Shown here: positions 50,386-59,792 of the stretch, piece after piece
How positions within the stretch are numbered: position 1 is the stretch's first letter
Layout of the letters: every line of letters begins with the position of its first letter
NCBI GenBank assembly: GCA_964515735.1
Contig: CAZEVP010000004.1
Span: 961 to 64,960 of the forward strand
Length of the DNA: 64,000 nt
Reading direction: 5' to 3'
Source: an uncultured Verrucomicrobiaceae bacterium
GTDB lineage: Bacteria > Pseudomonadota > Gammaproteobacteria > Pseudomonadales > CAMLJR01
Position numbers and translations under genes: made by a program
Notes under the pieces: generated by a model
Databases searched by the model: none
What the model was told of the DNA's origin: nothing
Seen by the model: only the letters and a program-made list of their open reading frames with translations

Positions 50386-51606
50386 ATGAAGCCCGACAGC
50401 AATTCCGAGGCGCTGTGCGCCGGCAATGCTGAGCCGTTGCGCGCCGAGGTCAGGGCCTGGCTGGCGCAGAACGTGCCGGCCGACTGGCGTGCGGCGATGA
50501 CCGGCTGCGACCAGGAGGCCTTCGTCGCCGCCCAGCGCGACTGGTTCCAGAAACTGGTCCAGGCCGGTTACGCGACGCCCCACTGGCCGCAGGCCTACCC
50601 CGGCGGCGGCCGCTCGCTGGCCGAGCAGAAGATCATCTACGAAGAGGTGGCACGCGCCGATGCGCCGAAGCTGATCCTCTATTTCGTCTCCCTCTACCAC
50701 GCCGCCTGCACGCTGATCGAGTGTGGCAGCCCCGAGCAGCAGGCCAGATACCTGCCCGGCATCCTGAAGGGCGACATCTGGTGCCAGGGCTTCTCCGAGC
50801 CGAACGCCGGCTCCGACCTCGCCTCGCTGCGCACCCGCGCCGAACTGAAGGGCGACCGCTACGTCGTCAACGGCCAGAAGACTTGGTCGACGATGGCGCA
50901 GTACGCCGACCACTGCCTGCTGCTGACCCGCACCGGCGGCAAGGATGGCCCGCCGCAGGCCGGCATCACCTACCTGCTGCTCGACATGAAATCGAAGGGT
51001 GTCACCGTGCGCCCGATCGAGCAGATCACCGGCGATGACGAGTTCGCCGAGATCTTCTTCGACGACGTCGAGATTCCGGTCGAGAACCGCGTCGGCGCCG
51101 AGGGCGACGGCTGGGCGGTGGCGCAGGCCACGCTGGCCTCCGAGCGCGGCCTGACGCTGGTCGAGCTGTCGCAGCGGATGCGCTATTCGCTGGCCCGCAT
51201 CGCCGAGGTGATGAAAGAGCGCGGCCGCTTCGACGACCCGGTGCTGCGCCGCGATCTCGGCCGGCTGATCCCGAAGGTCGACGCCGCCTGCGCGCTGGCC
51301 GACCGCTATCTGATGAAGCGGATCATGCACGACGAACAGGTCGGCGACGCCTCCATCGTCAAGCTCTACTACGCCCGCACGCTGCGCGAGTTCGTCTCGC
51401 TCGGCCTGCGCATCAGCGGCCTGTCCGGCCAGTACCGCGAGGACTTCACCCGCGGCGGCAGCCAGGAGACCGGCAACTGGGCGATCGACTTCATGAACTC
51501 CTACAACTGGTCGATCGCCGGTGGCAGCGACGAAGTCCAGCGCAACATCATCGCCGAGCGCATGTTGGGCATGCCCCGCGAACCGAAGAACTGGAAGGTG
51601 GGGTGA
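50386..51606 (+). CDS. Acyl-CoA dehydrogenase, alpha-type subunit
   Basis: Motifs GFSEPNAGSDLASL, WSTMA and the C-terminal GGSDEVQRNIIAERMLGMP are present. Confidence 0.88.
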   Translation: MKPDSNSEALCAGNAEPLRAEVRAWLAQNVPADWRAAMTGCDQEAFVAAQRDWFQKLVQAGYATPHWPQAYPGGGRSLAEQKIIYEEVARADAPKLILYFVSLYHAACTLIECGSPEQQARYLPGILKGDIWCQGFSEPNAGSDLASLRTRAELKGDRYVVNGQKTWSTMAQYADHCLLLTRTGGKDGPPQAGITYLLLDMKSKGVTVRPIEQITGDDEFAEIFFDDVEIPVENRVGAEGDGWAVAQATLASERGLTLVELSQRMRYSLARIAEVMKERGRFDDPVLRRDLGRLIPKVDAACALADRYLMKRIMHDEQVGDASIVKLYYARTLREFVSLGLRISGLSGQYREDFTRGGSQETGNWAIDFMNSYNWSIAGGSDEVQRNIIAERMLGMPREPKNWKVG

Positions 51607-52646
51607 TGCCGATGAATACCGAAATCAAGGAACTGCACGAATCCGCGCGTCAGGTGATGGACGGCATCGGCCTCGTCGCCGATGAACAGAGCACTTGGCC
51701 GACCATCGCCGAACTAGGCTGGCTGATGGTGTCGGCGCCGGAGGAGTTCGGCGGCCTCGGCATGGGGCTGGCCGGCGTCTGCGCGCTGCAGACCGAACTC
51801 GGCCGCGGGCTGGCCACCGTGCCCTACCTGCCGGCGCTGATCGCCATCGAGGCGGTCGTGCGCGGCGAGTTCGCCGGCCGCGAAGGCTGGCTCGAACGGC
51901 TGACCACCGGTGAGGATTACATTGCCGCGCCGCTGGCCGACGCCGGGCTGAGCGTCGAGCGCCGCGGCGACGGCTTCGCGCTGAACGGCCTGCTGACCGC
52001 CGTCTCGTCGGTCGATCGCGCCGGCCACGTGCTGGTGGCGACCGACGAACTGGTCGCGCTGGTGGCAACCGATGCCGCCGTGGCGACCGCCCGCCCGACC
52101 TGGGACGAGACGCGGCGCTTCTCCGACCTGCGCTTCGACGGTGTCGTCGTCGACCCGGCACTGGTGCTGGCGACCGGCGCCGCCGCGCAGGCACTCAGCC
52201 GCCGCCTCGCCGCGCTGCGCGACTTCGGTCTCGCCGCCGATGCCGTTGGCGGTGCCGCGGCGATTCTGGCGATGACGGTCGACTACCTGCAGACGCGCCA
52301 GCAGTTCGGCCGTCCGCTGGCGCTGTTCCAGGCGCTGAAGCACCGTTGCGCCGATCTGAAGGCGCTGTCCGAGGCGGCCGACGCGCTGCTGCAGCAGAAC
52401 ATCGCCCGCGCCGATGGTCTCGACGTCGCCGATGCCGAAGCGCTCGGCATGGCGGCCAAACGGCTGGCCTGCTCGGCCTACGCGACGGTGGCCGAGGAGG
52501 CCCTGCAGCTGCACGGCGGCATCGGCATGACCGAAGAGCACGGCTGCCACCTGTTCCTGAAGCGCGCGCTGCTGAACGACCAGCTCGGCCGCGGCGACGT
52601 CTACGAACAGGAACTGGCAGACGGGCTGCTGCAGCGGTTCGCCTGA
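51606..52646 (+). CDS. Acyl-CoA dehydrogenase-family protein, beta-type (partner) subunit
   Basis: It has an ACAD C-domain ([20 protein letters not shown]; [10 protein letters not shown]). The start overlaps the alpha-gene stop (TGATG). The exact start is uncertain (GTG 51603, ATG 51606 or ATG 51612). Confidence 0.8.
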   Translation: MPMNTEIKELHESARQVMDGIGLVADEQSTWPTIAELGWLMVSAPEEFGGLGMGLAGVCALQTELGRGLATVPYLPALIAIEAVVRGEFAGREGWLERLTTGEDYIAAPLADAGLSVERRGDGFALNGLLTAVSSVDRAGHVLVATDELVALVATDAAVATARPTWDETRRFSDLRFDGVVVDPALVLATGAAAQALSRRLAALRDFGLAADAVGGAAAILAMTVDYLQTRQQFGRPLALFQALKHRCADLKALSEAADALLQQNIARADGLDVADAEALGMAAKRLACSAYATVAEEALQLHGGIGMTEEHGCHLFLKRALLNDQLGRGDVYEQELADGLLQRFA

Positions 52647-52818
52647 GCCTCCGCATGGGTGGCCATCCCGCCCGGGATGGCCACCACTTTCAACTCCGGG
52701 TCGACGAACCCGGGCGCCACCGTCACAATGTCGGCCGCGCAAACTGTCCAATTTCCTTCGCACATGGCCGAGAGCGGCCCGTTTTGCGAGGGCTAAAATC
52801 CATCCAACTAGTGCAGGT

Positions 52819-53811
52819 ATGCCTATGTTCTCCGCAGTGCTGATCTCCAAGAACGAAGCCGGTCAACAATCCGTCGAACTGACTCAGGTCGACGAGGCAC
52901 AGCTTCCCGAGGGCGACGTCACCGTCAAGGTCGAGTACTCGACCCTGAACTACAAGGACGGCCTCGCCATCACCGGCAAATCGCCGGTCGTGCGCAAGTT
53001 CCCGATGGTGCCGGGCATCGATCTGGCCGGCGTCGTCGAGGAGAGCAGCCACCCGGACTGGAAAGCGGGCGACCGCGTCGTGCTGAACGGCTGGGGCGTC
53101 GGTGAGACCCATTGGGGCGGTCTGGCGCAGAAAGCGCGCCTGAAAGGCGACTGGCTGGTGCCGCTGCCGAGCGCGTTCAGCGCCCGTCAGGCGATGGCGA
53201 TCGGCACCGCCGGCTACACCGCCGCGCTCTGCGTCGAGGCGCTGCTGTCGCACGGCGTCAAGCCGGAGCAGGGCGAGATTCTGGTCACCGGCGCCACCGG
53301 CGGTGTTGGCAGCGTCGCCATCGCGCTGCTGGCGAAGAACGGCTTCAACGTCGTCGCGTCGTCCGGCAAGGCGGCCGAAGAGGCCTACCTGAAAGAACTC
53401 GGCGCCACCTCGATCATCGATCGCAACGAGCTGTCGGCCGCCGGCAAGCCGCTGCAGAAAGAGCGCTGGGCCGGTGTCATCGACTCGGTCGGCAGCTTCA
53501 CGCTGGCCAACGCCTGCGCACAGACCCGCTACGGCGGCTACGTCGCGGCCTGCGGTCTGGCGCAGGGCATGGATTTCCCGGCCTCGGTCGCGCCGTTCAT
53601 CCTGCGCGGCGTATCGCTGCTCGGCATCGACAGCGTCATGGCGCCGAAGGCCCGCCGCATTCCGGCGTGGGAGCGTCTGGCGCGCGACCTCGATCCGAAG
53701 GCACTGGAGCTGATCGCCACCGAGATCGGTCTGGGCGAGGCCATCAAGGCTGCCTCGGGCCTGATGGAAGGTACGGTTCGCGGCCGTTTCGTCGTCGACG
53801 TCAACAGATAA
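52819..53811 (+). CDS. YhdH/AcuI-type MDR oxidoreductase (acrylyl-CoA reductase-like)
   Basis: It has [38 protein letters not shown] and [10 protein letters not shown], which I recall as the signature of the YhdH subfamily. Confidence 0.85.
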   Translation: MPMFSAVLISKNEAGQQSVELTQVDEAQLPEGDVTVKVEYSTLNYKDGLAITGKSPVVRKFPMVPGIDLAGVVEESSHPDWKAGDRVVLNGWGVGETHWGGLAQKARLKGDWLVPLPSAFSARQAMAIGTAGYTAALCVEALLSHGVKPEQGEILVTGATGGVGSVAIALLAKNGFNVVASSGKAAEEAYLKELGATSIIDRNELSAAGKPLQKERWAGVIDSVGSFTLANACAQTRYGGYVAACGLAQGMDFPASVAPFILRGVSLLGIDSVMAPKARRIPAWERLARDLDPKALELIATEIGLGEAIKAASGLMEGTVRGRFVVDVNR

Positions 53812-53895
53812 GTCGACGCACAGGCGCAGACCTCTACGATCCGGGCGGTACCGGGAACCGGTACCGCCACAGGCCAAGGATGGCCGACCCACGAA

Positions 53896-53950
53896 GCCAG
53901 ACGCCGTTCCCGACGCCAATGCGTCGCCGAACGGCGGCTGGCTTTGTGTT
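53896..53950 (+). terminator. Rho-independent terminator (long imperfect hairpin + TTTGTGTT)
   Basis: GCCAGACGCCGTTC (53896-53909) pairs with GAACGGCGGCTGGC (53929-53942) with one mismatch. An inner GACGC/GCGTC hairpin is present, followed by a T-rich tail. Confidence 0.6.
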
Positions 53951-54024
53951 AGCGGAGAGCGTCGTGGCACGCAGCATGATCGCCGCGACCTTCTCGTCGG
54001 TTTCATAAGAGATGAGGTATTCGA

Positions 54025-55212
54025 ATGTCTGCCGAGAATGCGAGCAACGTGCAACTCGACCTGAGCGATCTCGACAAGTGGGTCGGCAAGCCGGTCATCT
54101 TCGCCGAGCTGTGGGACCCCTGTAACACCACCGATATCCGTCGCTGGGTCATGGCGATGGACTATCCGAACCCGATCCACTGGGACCACGAGTTCGCGCA
54201 CAGCTCGAAATTCGGCGGCATCGTCGCGCCGCAGTCGTTCGCCGTCGCGATGGACTACGGCCACGGCTGCCACCCGGCCTGCGTCGGCAAGATTCCGGGC
54301 AGCCACCTGATCTTCGGCGGCGAGGAGTGGTGGTTCTTCGGCGCGCCGATACGCCCCGGTGACAAGCTGTTCCAGAAGCGCCGCTTCGACGGCTATGACG
54401 TGAAAGACACGTCGTTCGCCGGCCCGACCATCTTCACCCGCGGCGACACCGAGCACCGCAACCAGAACGGCGTACTGGTCGCGCGCGAACGCGCCACCGC
54501 GATCCGCTACCTGACCGAAGAGGCGAACAAGCGCGCCGTCTACGGCAAGGAGAAAGCGTCGCCGAAGCGCTGGACCAGAGAAGAGCTCGACGAGATCCAG
54601 AAGATCCGTTTCGACTGGATCCTGTCGAACCGCGAGGGCAAATCGCTGGCCTATGGCGACGTCAAGGTCGGCGACAAACTGCCGCGCCGCGTCATCGGCC
54701 CGCACTCGATCGCCACCTTCGTCACCGAATATCGCGCCTATCGCCAGAACGTCTGGGGCACCTGGCGCTGGAACGTGCCGGAGGGCGTCTACGACCCGGC
54801 GAAAGAGGATGCCGGCTTCAAGGCCGACATGACCTACGACCACGACGCCCGCAAGATCGACCCGCGTCAGGGCGACGGCCTCTACTACGGCCCGTCGAGC
54901 GGCCACGTCAACCTGGAGAAGGCCAGCGACATCGGCATGGGCGGCATGTATGGCTATGGCGCGTCGATGAACGCCTGGCACGTCGATTACATCGCCTACT
55001 GGGCCGGCCACGACGGTTTCATCGTGCACTCCAACACCCAGTTCCGCAGCCCGGCGTTCGAGGGCGACATCACCTGGATCGACGGTGAAGTGATCGAGAA
55101 ACTCGACCGCTCGCCGTTCGGCTGCCCGCTGGTCAAGGTGCAGGTGACGATGAAGACGCAGACCGGCGAGACCATCCTGAAAGGCACGGCGGAAGTTCAA
55201 CTGCCGTATTGA
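54025..55212 (+). CDS. Double hotdog-fold (MaoC-like) enoyl-CoA hydratase/dehydratase
   Basis: The 395-aa product has two hotdog-like halves. The N-half has IRRWVMAMDYPNPIHWD and the C-half has ASMNAWHVDY...FRSPAFEGD. The assignment rests on pattern and context (ACAD, ligase). Confidence 0.65.
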   Translation: MSAENASNVQLDLSDLDKWVGKPVIFAELWDPCNTTDIRRWVMAMDYPNPIHWDHEFAHSSKFGGIVAPQSFAVAMDYGHGCHPACVGKIPGSHLIFGGEEWWFFGAPIRPGDKLFQKRRFDGYDVKDTSFAGPTIFTRGDTEHRNQNGVLVARERATAIRYLTEEANKRAVYGKEKASPKRWTREELDEIQKIRFDWILSNREGKSLAYGDVKVGDKLPRRVIGPHSIATFVTEYRAYRQNVWGTWRWNVPEGVYDPAKEDAGFKADMTYDHDARKIDPRQGDGLYYGPSSGHVNLEKASDIGMGGMYGYGASMNAWHVDYIAYWAGHDGFIVHSNTQFRSPAFEGDITWIDGEVIEKLDRSPFGCPLVKVQVTMKTQTGETILKGTAEVQLPY

Positions 55213-55351
55213 GGGTGAGTCACACCGCGCGGCGCGCAGGGTTGGCGAGCTGACCTTGCGCGTTGCTTTTTATGGCGCATTCGATGTTCACGACGGTTCG
55301 CCGGCATCGGGCGCGGATGTTGGATCAGTGCAAAGAGCGGAGCCGCCCGAC

Positions 55352-57079
55352 ATGGGTATCAAACGAGCCATTGTTGCAGACCCCTCCATCTCCCTCGTGC
55401 GCGGCCTGCCGCTCAGCGAAGAGCCGGGCATCGGCGCGCTGACCATTCCCGGTTATCTGCGCGATGTGTGCGAGCGCTACGCCGACAGCGAGGCGGTGGT
55501 GCTGCACCACCGCGACGGTGTCGAGCGCTGGAGCTATCGCGATCTGTGGGACAACTCGATGGCGGTGGCGAGGGCGCTGGTCGCCAGCGGCGTCGGCAAG
55601 GACAGCCGCGTCGGTGTGCTGATGACCAACCGTTGCGAATATCTGTCGGCGGTGTTCGGCATCGCGATGGCCGGCGGCGTGACGGTGGCGCTGTCCACCT
55701 TCTCGACGCCGGCCGAGATGGAGCACCTGCTGAAGGCCTCCGGCATCTCGGTACTGCTGTTCGAGGACCGCGTGCTGAAGAAGGATTTCGCCGCGATGCT
55801 GGCCGAGCTGGAGCCTGCGATCCGCGACAGCGCGCCGGGCGCACTCGCCTCGACCCGGTTTCCGTTCCTGCAGCACTTCGTGAAGCTGGCCGGCGTCACG
55901 GCCGAGGGCGGCGACACGACGGGCGACATCGCCGCCTACGAGTCGTGGGAGGCCTTCATCGCGCGCGGCATTGCCGTCTCTACCGCCATCGTCGAGGCGC
56001 GCGCGGCGACGGTGACGCCAGCCGATACCGGCGGCCTGTTCTTCTCGTCCGGCACCACCAGCCAGCCGAAGGGCATCCTGCATTCGCAGCGCGCGTTCGC
56101 GATCCAGTGGTGGCGCTGGCCGCACGTGATGTCGGTCAAGGAGCCGGCGCGCGCGTGGACCGGCAACGGTTTCTTCTGGTCCGGCAACATCGCGATGATC
56201 GTCGGTGTCGCGCTGGCCACCGGCGGCGCCATCATCCTGCAGCCGCTGTTCGACGCCGACGAAGCGGTGCGGCTGATTCAGGCCGAACGCATCACCTTCA
56301 TGAGCGGCCGCCCGCACCAGTGGGCGCGGATGCAGGCGGCGCCCGGCTATGCCGAGGCCGACCTCTCCAGCCTGCGCTACATCACGCGCGGCGAGATCCT
56401 GATGGAACACCCGACGGTCAACACCGACTGGGACCTGCCGATGTCGTTCGGTACCACCGAAACGATGACGATCATGACCTCCTACGACTCCGATACCCCG
56501 GCCGCGCAGTACGCCGGCAGCTGCGGTGTGCCGCTGCCGGGCAACCTGCTGAAGATCGTCGACCCGAACAGCGGCGCGCCGGTGCCGGTCGGTGAGCGCG
56601 GTGAGGTCTGCATCAAGGGGCCGACGCTGATGAGCGGCTACATCGGCAAGACGTCGGAGGAGTGCTTCGACGACGAGGGCTTCTACCGCACTGGCGATGG
56701 TGGTTACGTCGACATGGAAGGGCGGCTGTTCTGGGAAGGGCGCATCACCGCGATGATCAAAACCGGCGGAGCCAACGTCTCGCCGGAAGAGGTCGACGAG
56801 GTGATCGCGAAGTTCCCGGGTGTCAAACGCACGCAGACCGTCGGCGTGCCGCACGAGACGCTCTCCGAGATGGTGGTTTCCTGCATCGTGCCGGTTGATG
56901 GCGTGACGCTCGACGAGAAGCAGATCGTCGCCTTCCTGAAGGAGCAGCTGGCCAGCTTCAAGGTGCCGCGCACGGTGCTGTTCTTCAAGGAGGAGGAGTT
57001 TGCGCTGACTGGCAATGAGAAGGTGAAGGCGGGGGAGATTCGGCAGGCGGCGATGAAGCGGTTGGGGATTGATGCCTGA
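55352..57079 (+). CDS. AMP-dependent acyl-CoA synthetase/ligase
   Basis: AMP-binding motifs are FFSSGTTSQPKGILHS, FGTTET, YRTGDGGY and GGANVSPEEVDE. The start is at the internal ATG 55352 (MGIKRAIV...). Confidence 0.88.
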   Translation: MGIKRAIVADPSISLVRGLPLSEEPGIGALTIPGYLRDVCERYADSEAVVLHHRDGVERWSYRDLWDNSMAVARALVASGVGKDSRVGVLMTNRCEYLSAVFGIAMAGGVTVALSTFSTPAEMEHLLKASGISVLLFEDRVLKKDFAAMLAELEPAIRDSAPGALASTRFPFLQHFVKLAGVTAEGGDTTGDIAAYESWEAFIARGIAVSTAIVEARAATVTPADTGGLFFSSGTTSQPKGILHSQRAFAIQWWRWPHVMSVKEPARAWTGNGFFWSGNIAMIVGVALATGGAIILQPLFDADEAVRLIQAERITFMSGRPHQWARMQAAPGYAEADLSSLRYITRGEILMEHPTVNTDWDLPMSFGTTETMTIMTSYDSDTPAAQYAGSCGVPLPGNLLKIVDPNSGAPVPVGERGEVCIKGPTLMSGYIGKTSEECFDDEGFYRTGDGGYVDMEGRLFWEGRITAMIKTGGANVSPEEVDEVIAKFPGVKRTQTVGVPHETLSEMVVSCIVPVDGVTLDEKQIVAFLKEQLASFKVPRTVLFFKEEEFALTGNEKVKAGEIRQAAMKRLGIDA

Positions 57080-57082
57080 TCG

Positions 57083-57379
57083 CTAATCCAGAAGTCTGTT
57101 GGGGGCATCCATCTCTTTGTGCAGCACACGAACAACGAGAACCTCCAGCTCCAGAGCTTGATAGAAGACGGCGTGATGCTCTATTTGCAGCCTGCGATAC
57201 CCGGGGAAAACATGGACGTAGTCAGCACCAAGCAATGGATGATTCAGTAGCTGCTTCATGCCCGCTTCAAGCTGATCCAGGTATTTATCTGCCTGTTCCA
57301 CTCCCCATTCTTCGCAGGTATACAGCCAGATTCCGGTCAGGTCAGATTCCGCTTTCGGTGTGATGTTTAGCTTGAGCAC
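57083..57379 (-). CDS. parE: ParE-family type II toxin
   Basis: The 98-aa product reads LNITPKAESDLTGIWLYTCEEWGVEQADKYLDQLEAGMKQL...IEHHAVFY...VVRVLHKEMD. It has a GTG start with a 1-nt overlap onto the antitoxin stop. Confidence 0.82.
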   Translation of the reverse strand: MLKLNITPKAESDLTGIWLYTCEEWGVEQADKYLDQLEAGMKQLLNHPLLGADYVHVFPGYRRLQIEHHAVFYQALELEVLVVRVLHKEMDAPNRLLD

Positions 57380-57633
57380 TACTTGGCCGCCTTCATCCGT
57401 TTACGACCAGCCGCTTTGATAGCCGACATATTGAGCGGCTTAGGGTTCCCGCTTGACTCGCCTTCAGCGAGGGCTAGCCTCAGCGCGGCAAGACGCTCCT
57501 TTGCCTGCTGGTCTCTTCGAATGAGGTCGCGGATATATTCACTGTCGTTCCCGAAGTGGCCACTTTCTATCTGACTTTTTACCCATTCGTCCTGCTGTTC
57601 GGTCAGCGTGATGGTTTTTCGGTGCATGCTCAT
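57379..57633 (-). CDS. parD: ParD-family (RHH, COG3609-like) antitoxin
   Basis: It reads MSMHRKTITLTEQQDEWVKSQIESGHFGNDSEYIRDLIRRDQQ... The start is at M45 of the track ORF, with GGAGG upstream. Confidence 0.82.
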   Translation of the reverse strand: MSMHRKTITLTEQQDEWVKSQIESGHFGNDSEYIRDLIRRDQQAKERLAALRLALAEGESSGNPKPLNMSAIKAAGRKRMKAAK

Positions 57634-57657
57634 GGCGGGTGTTCCTCCCAAATCTTG

Positions 57658-57674
57658 GTATGACAATATCATAC
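57658..57674. promoter_or_regulatory. Palindrome GTATGA-CAATA-TCATAC in the parDE promoter region (candidate ParD operator)
   Basis: It lies 25-41 nt upstream of the parD ATG. On the minus strand it overlaps a TATGAT -10-like hexamer. Confidence 0.5.
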
Positions 57675-57740
57675 TGATCTCTCGGGTTGAACTGAGAAAA
57701 ACGCAAGGTCTTCTCCGATGTTCGAGACCCCGATGTTCGA

Positions 57741-58385
57741 TTACCCGAACACCGATTTTTGCCAATGCTGTTCACTCACAATCGAAATCGGTGCGCCGGA
57801 ATCGCGGAGTTCGACAGCTTTCTTGATCTTGGTGCCATAAGAGCTGTGTAGCCATTGATCGTTGCCGATGGTACCCACCACCAAGTAGTGAATCTTTTTG
57901 GTTACCCCAGGGCCAATCTGACCACCGCGACTGATAACCATGGCTTCGCAGTCTTTACGAGGGCCATAGGCCATAACGCCGGTGAAAACATACAACTTGC
58001 CATTCCACTCTAACTCTGGAGCAGGTTTGCAGAGCGGTAGATCGATAGGTGAAATAAACAGGTTGTCAGAAGAAAAGGGCTTCGCGGCGCTAAGCCCGGC
58101 AAAGCTACGCAGAGTGGATAGCAGTTCGGCTGATTCGTCCGCATCAAGCACACCGTCATCAAGCATGTCAGAGAGACGGCGGTAGAGGAGGTTAACTACG
58201 GGATCTTCCAAATGGACTAAGTTGGTGGCGATCCAGTCACGCAGAAATTCAGCCTCCAGCTGATTAATGCGCCCATCCGCAGTGATGCCTGCCGCTAGCC
58301 CGATCAGCGCATCGGCTGATCGCCTGTCTATACGGGCCTCATGGTACATGCGGCTATTTTGGAACTCGTTATGTAGGTCAACCAT
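57741..58385 (-). CDS. TerB-like N-terminal domain + C-terminal BRCT domain protein
   Basis: The N-half has two ADG/DDG-x3-E-x2-hL repeats (ITADGRINQLEAEFLRDWI; LDDGVLDADESAELLSTL). The C-half, GKLYVFTGVMAYGPRKDCEAMVISRGGQIGPGVTKKIHYLVVG...W...KIKKAVEL...ISIVSEQHW, resembles the LigA-type BRCT. Confidence 0.65.
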   Translation of the reverse strand: MVDLHNEFQNSRMYHEARIDRRSADALIGLAAGITADGRINQLEAEFLRDWIATNLVHLEDPVVNLLYRRLSDMLDDGVLDADESAELLSTLRSFAGLSAAKPFSSDNLFISPIDLPLCKPAPELEWNGKLYVFTGVMAYGPRKDCEAMVISRGGQIGPGVTKKIHYLVVGTIGNDQWLHSSYGTKIKKAVELRDSGAPISIVSEQHWQKSVFG

Positions 58386-58788
58386 TGAAGTCTCCCTCTT
58401 CTGTACTGCTTTGCTGATTGGCCAGCTTGGCTAGGTCGGATGTGAAGGTGACAACCATTCCAGTAGTTGAACAGGTAATTTTGAACTCGGATTCCAGATC
58501 GACGCTGAGATCCTCGCCTCGGAGTCCTTGCCACTGCGCGAGGTACTGTAGAGAACCAAACTTTTCATTTTTCTTCAGAGCGCGGGAGACACCACCTTTC
58601 CAATTTAGTGGGGGCAGGGCACCACCTTTGCAGAGTTCTGCGAGATCAGGGTTTTGTTTAGCAAGGGTGCGACCTGTCTCCCAGCACTTTATGAGGCCGC
58701 GATCAGGGCCTTGCCAAATTTGCTCCCAGCTTGATAGCTGGCGATCCGGCTCTGAGAAGTGGCGCTGAACTTTGGAATTGGCTGGCAT
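58378..58788 (-). CDS. Hypothetical 136-aa protein, translationally coupled to the TerB/BRCT gene
   Basis: An 8-nt overlap (ATGGTTGA) joins it to the downstream gene, and an SD for that gene (GAGGGAG) lies in its last codons. I recognise no motif. The antisense ORF 58418..58768 is R/S-rich and was rejected. Confidence 0.55.
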   Translation of the reverse strand: MPANSKVQRHFSEPDRQLSSWEQIWQGPDRGLIKCWETGRTLAKQNPDLAELCKGGALPPLNWKGGVSRALKKNEKFGSLQYLAQWQGLRGEDLSVDLESEFKITCSTTGMVVTFTSDLAKLANQQSSTEEGDFNG

Positions 58789-58896
58789 TGGTACTTCCGC
58801 TGTCTATACCATTTCGGCATTTTGCTACCACGGAAATTCTAGAGAGTAGCTGAAATGCTTGTGACGGGTTATTTGGGAGCCTTGACCTGACTCAGC

Positions 58897-59763
58897 TCAG
58901 TGCGCAGCTATGAGTTTCAGAATGGCCGGCGCCAGATCAGGCCAGTTGGCGAAATGCCCGCTGCCACCATTCTTGTTGGCATAAGCAGAGCGCCGATTCC
59001 ACTCGTCATCAGGCCACGGCGGTTCGATCAGCTGCGACTGTGGAATCAGTTCATGCACCCATTCGGTGGTGCGGCGTGTGTGGCTGAGGTCGCTGGCACC
59101 GCTGCGGAAGATCAGTGTCGGCATTGTCAGCTTCGAAAAATCTTCGGCACTCATGCCCGGCACCGGCGAGGTCTCGCTCGGCACATACGACATCGCCCAG
59201 CGCTCCATCGTCGCGATGAAGCGCGCCGGCTCCTGTGCCAGCAGGATGTCGCGGTTGTGCGGGTTGCGTTTGATCTGATCGGCCCAGTCCGGCAGTGCCG
59301 CCACCGCCGCCATGCCGCCGGCGTTGGCCGCCAGCGCCGAGTTGCAGCAGTAGTAGGCAGCGAGCAGCAGCAGGCTGATCGGGCCGCCGCTGATCCACCA
59401 CAGCACCAGATGCGAAACGAGGGCGGGATCGTGCGCGGCGGCGATCAGCGACGTGCGCGAACCGGCCGAGCCGGCGACCAGCGCGGTGGGGCCGAGGTCG
59501 AGCGCGCGGATCAGTTTGATCAGCGTCTGTCCGTGCAGCAGCGATTCGTTCTCGGCCTCGAAACAGAGATCGGAGGCGCCGCAGTTGGGGCGGTCCCACA
59601 GCAGCACACGGTGGCCGCCGGCGGCGAGCGCGCGTGCCAGTTCGGGCACGCCCGTGCTCTCGCGTGAAAAGCGGCCGCCCGGCGTCAGCGCGATCGGCGG
59701 CGCGCCGGCATCGCCGAGCAGTTCGTAGTCGATGCCGATACCGGAAATGTCGATGCGTGCCAT
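58897..59763 (-). CDS. Alpha/beta-fold hydrolase
   Basis: It reads MARIDISGIGIDYELLGDAGAPPIALTPGG...LLWDRPNCGASD...VAGSAGSRTS (GxSxG nucleophile elbow). The start is at M35 of the track ORF (GGGAGAAG upstream). Confidence 0.8.
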   Translation of the reverse strand: MARIDISGIGIDYELLGDAGAPPIALTPGGRFSRESTGVPELARALAAGGHRVLLWDRPNCGASDLCFEAENESLLHGQTLIKLIRALDLGPTALVAGSAGSRTSLIAAAHDPALVSHLVLWWISGGPISLLLLAAYYCCNSALAANAGGMAAVAALPDWADQIKRNPHNRDILLAQEPARFIATMERWAMSYVPSETSPVPGMSAEDFSKLTMPTLIFRSGASDLSHTRRTTEWVHELIPQSQLIEPPWPDDEWNRRSAYANKNGGSGHFANWPDLAPAILKLIAAH

Positions 59764-59792
59764 GCGGCTTCTCCCATGTTGATCTGTTGTGC

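Noticed and set aside
58418-58768. A plus-strand 116-aa ORF antisense to the 136-aa hypothetical gene.
   Set aside because: Its translation is R/S/P-rich and it has no SD. The minus-strand ORF is translationally coupled to the BRCT gene and has a more protein-like composition.
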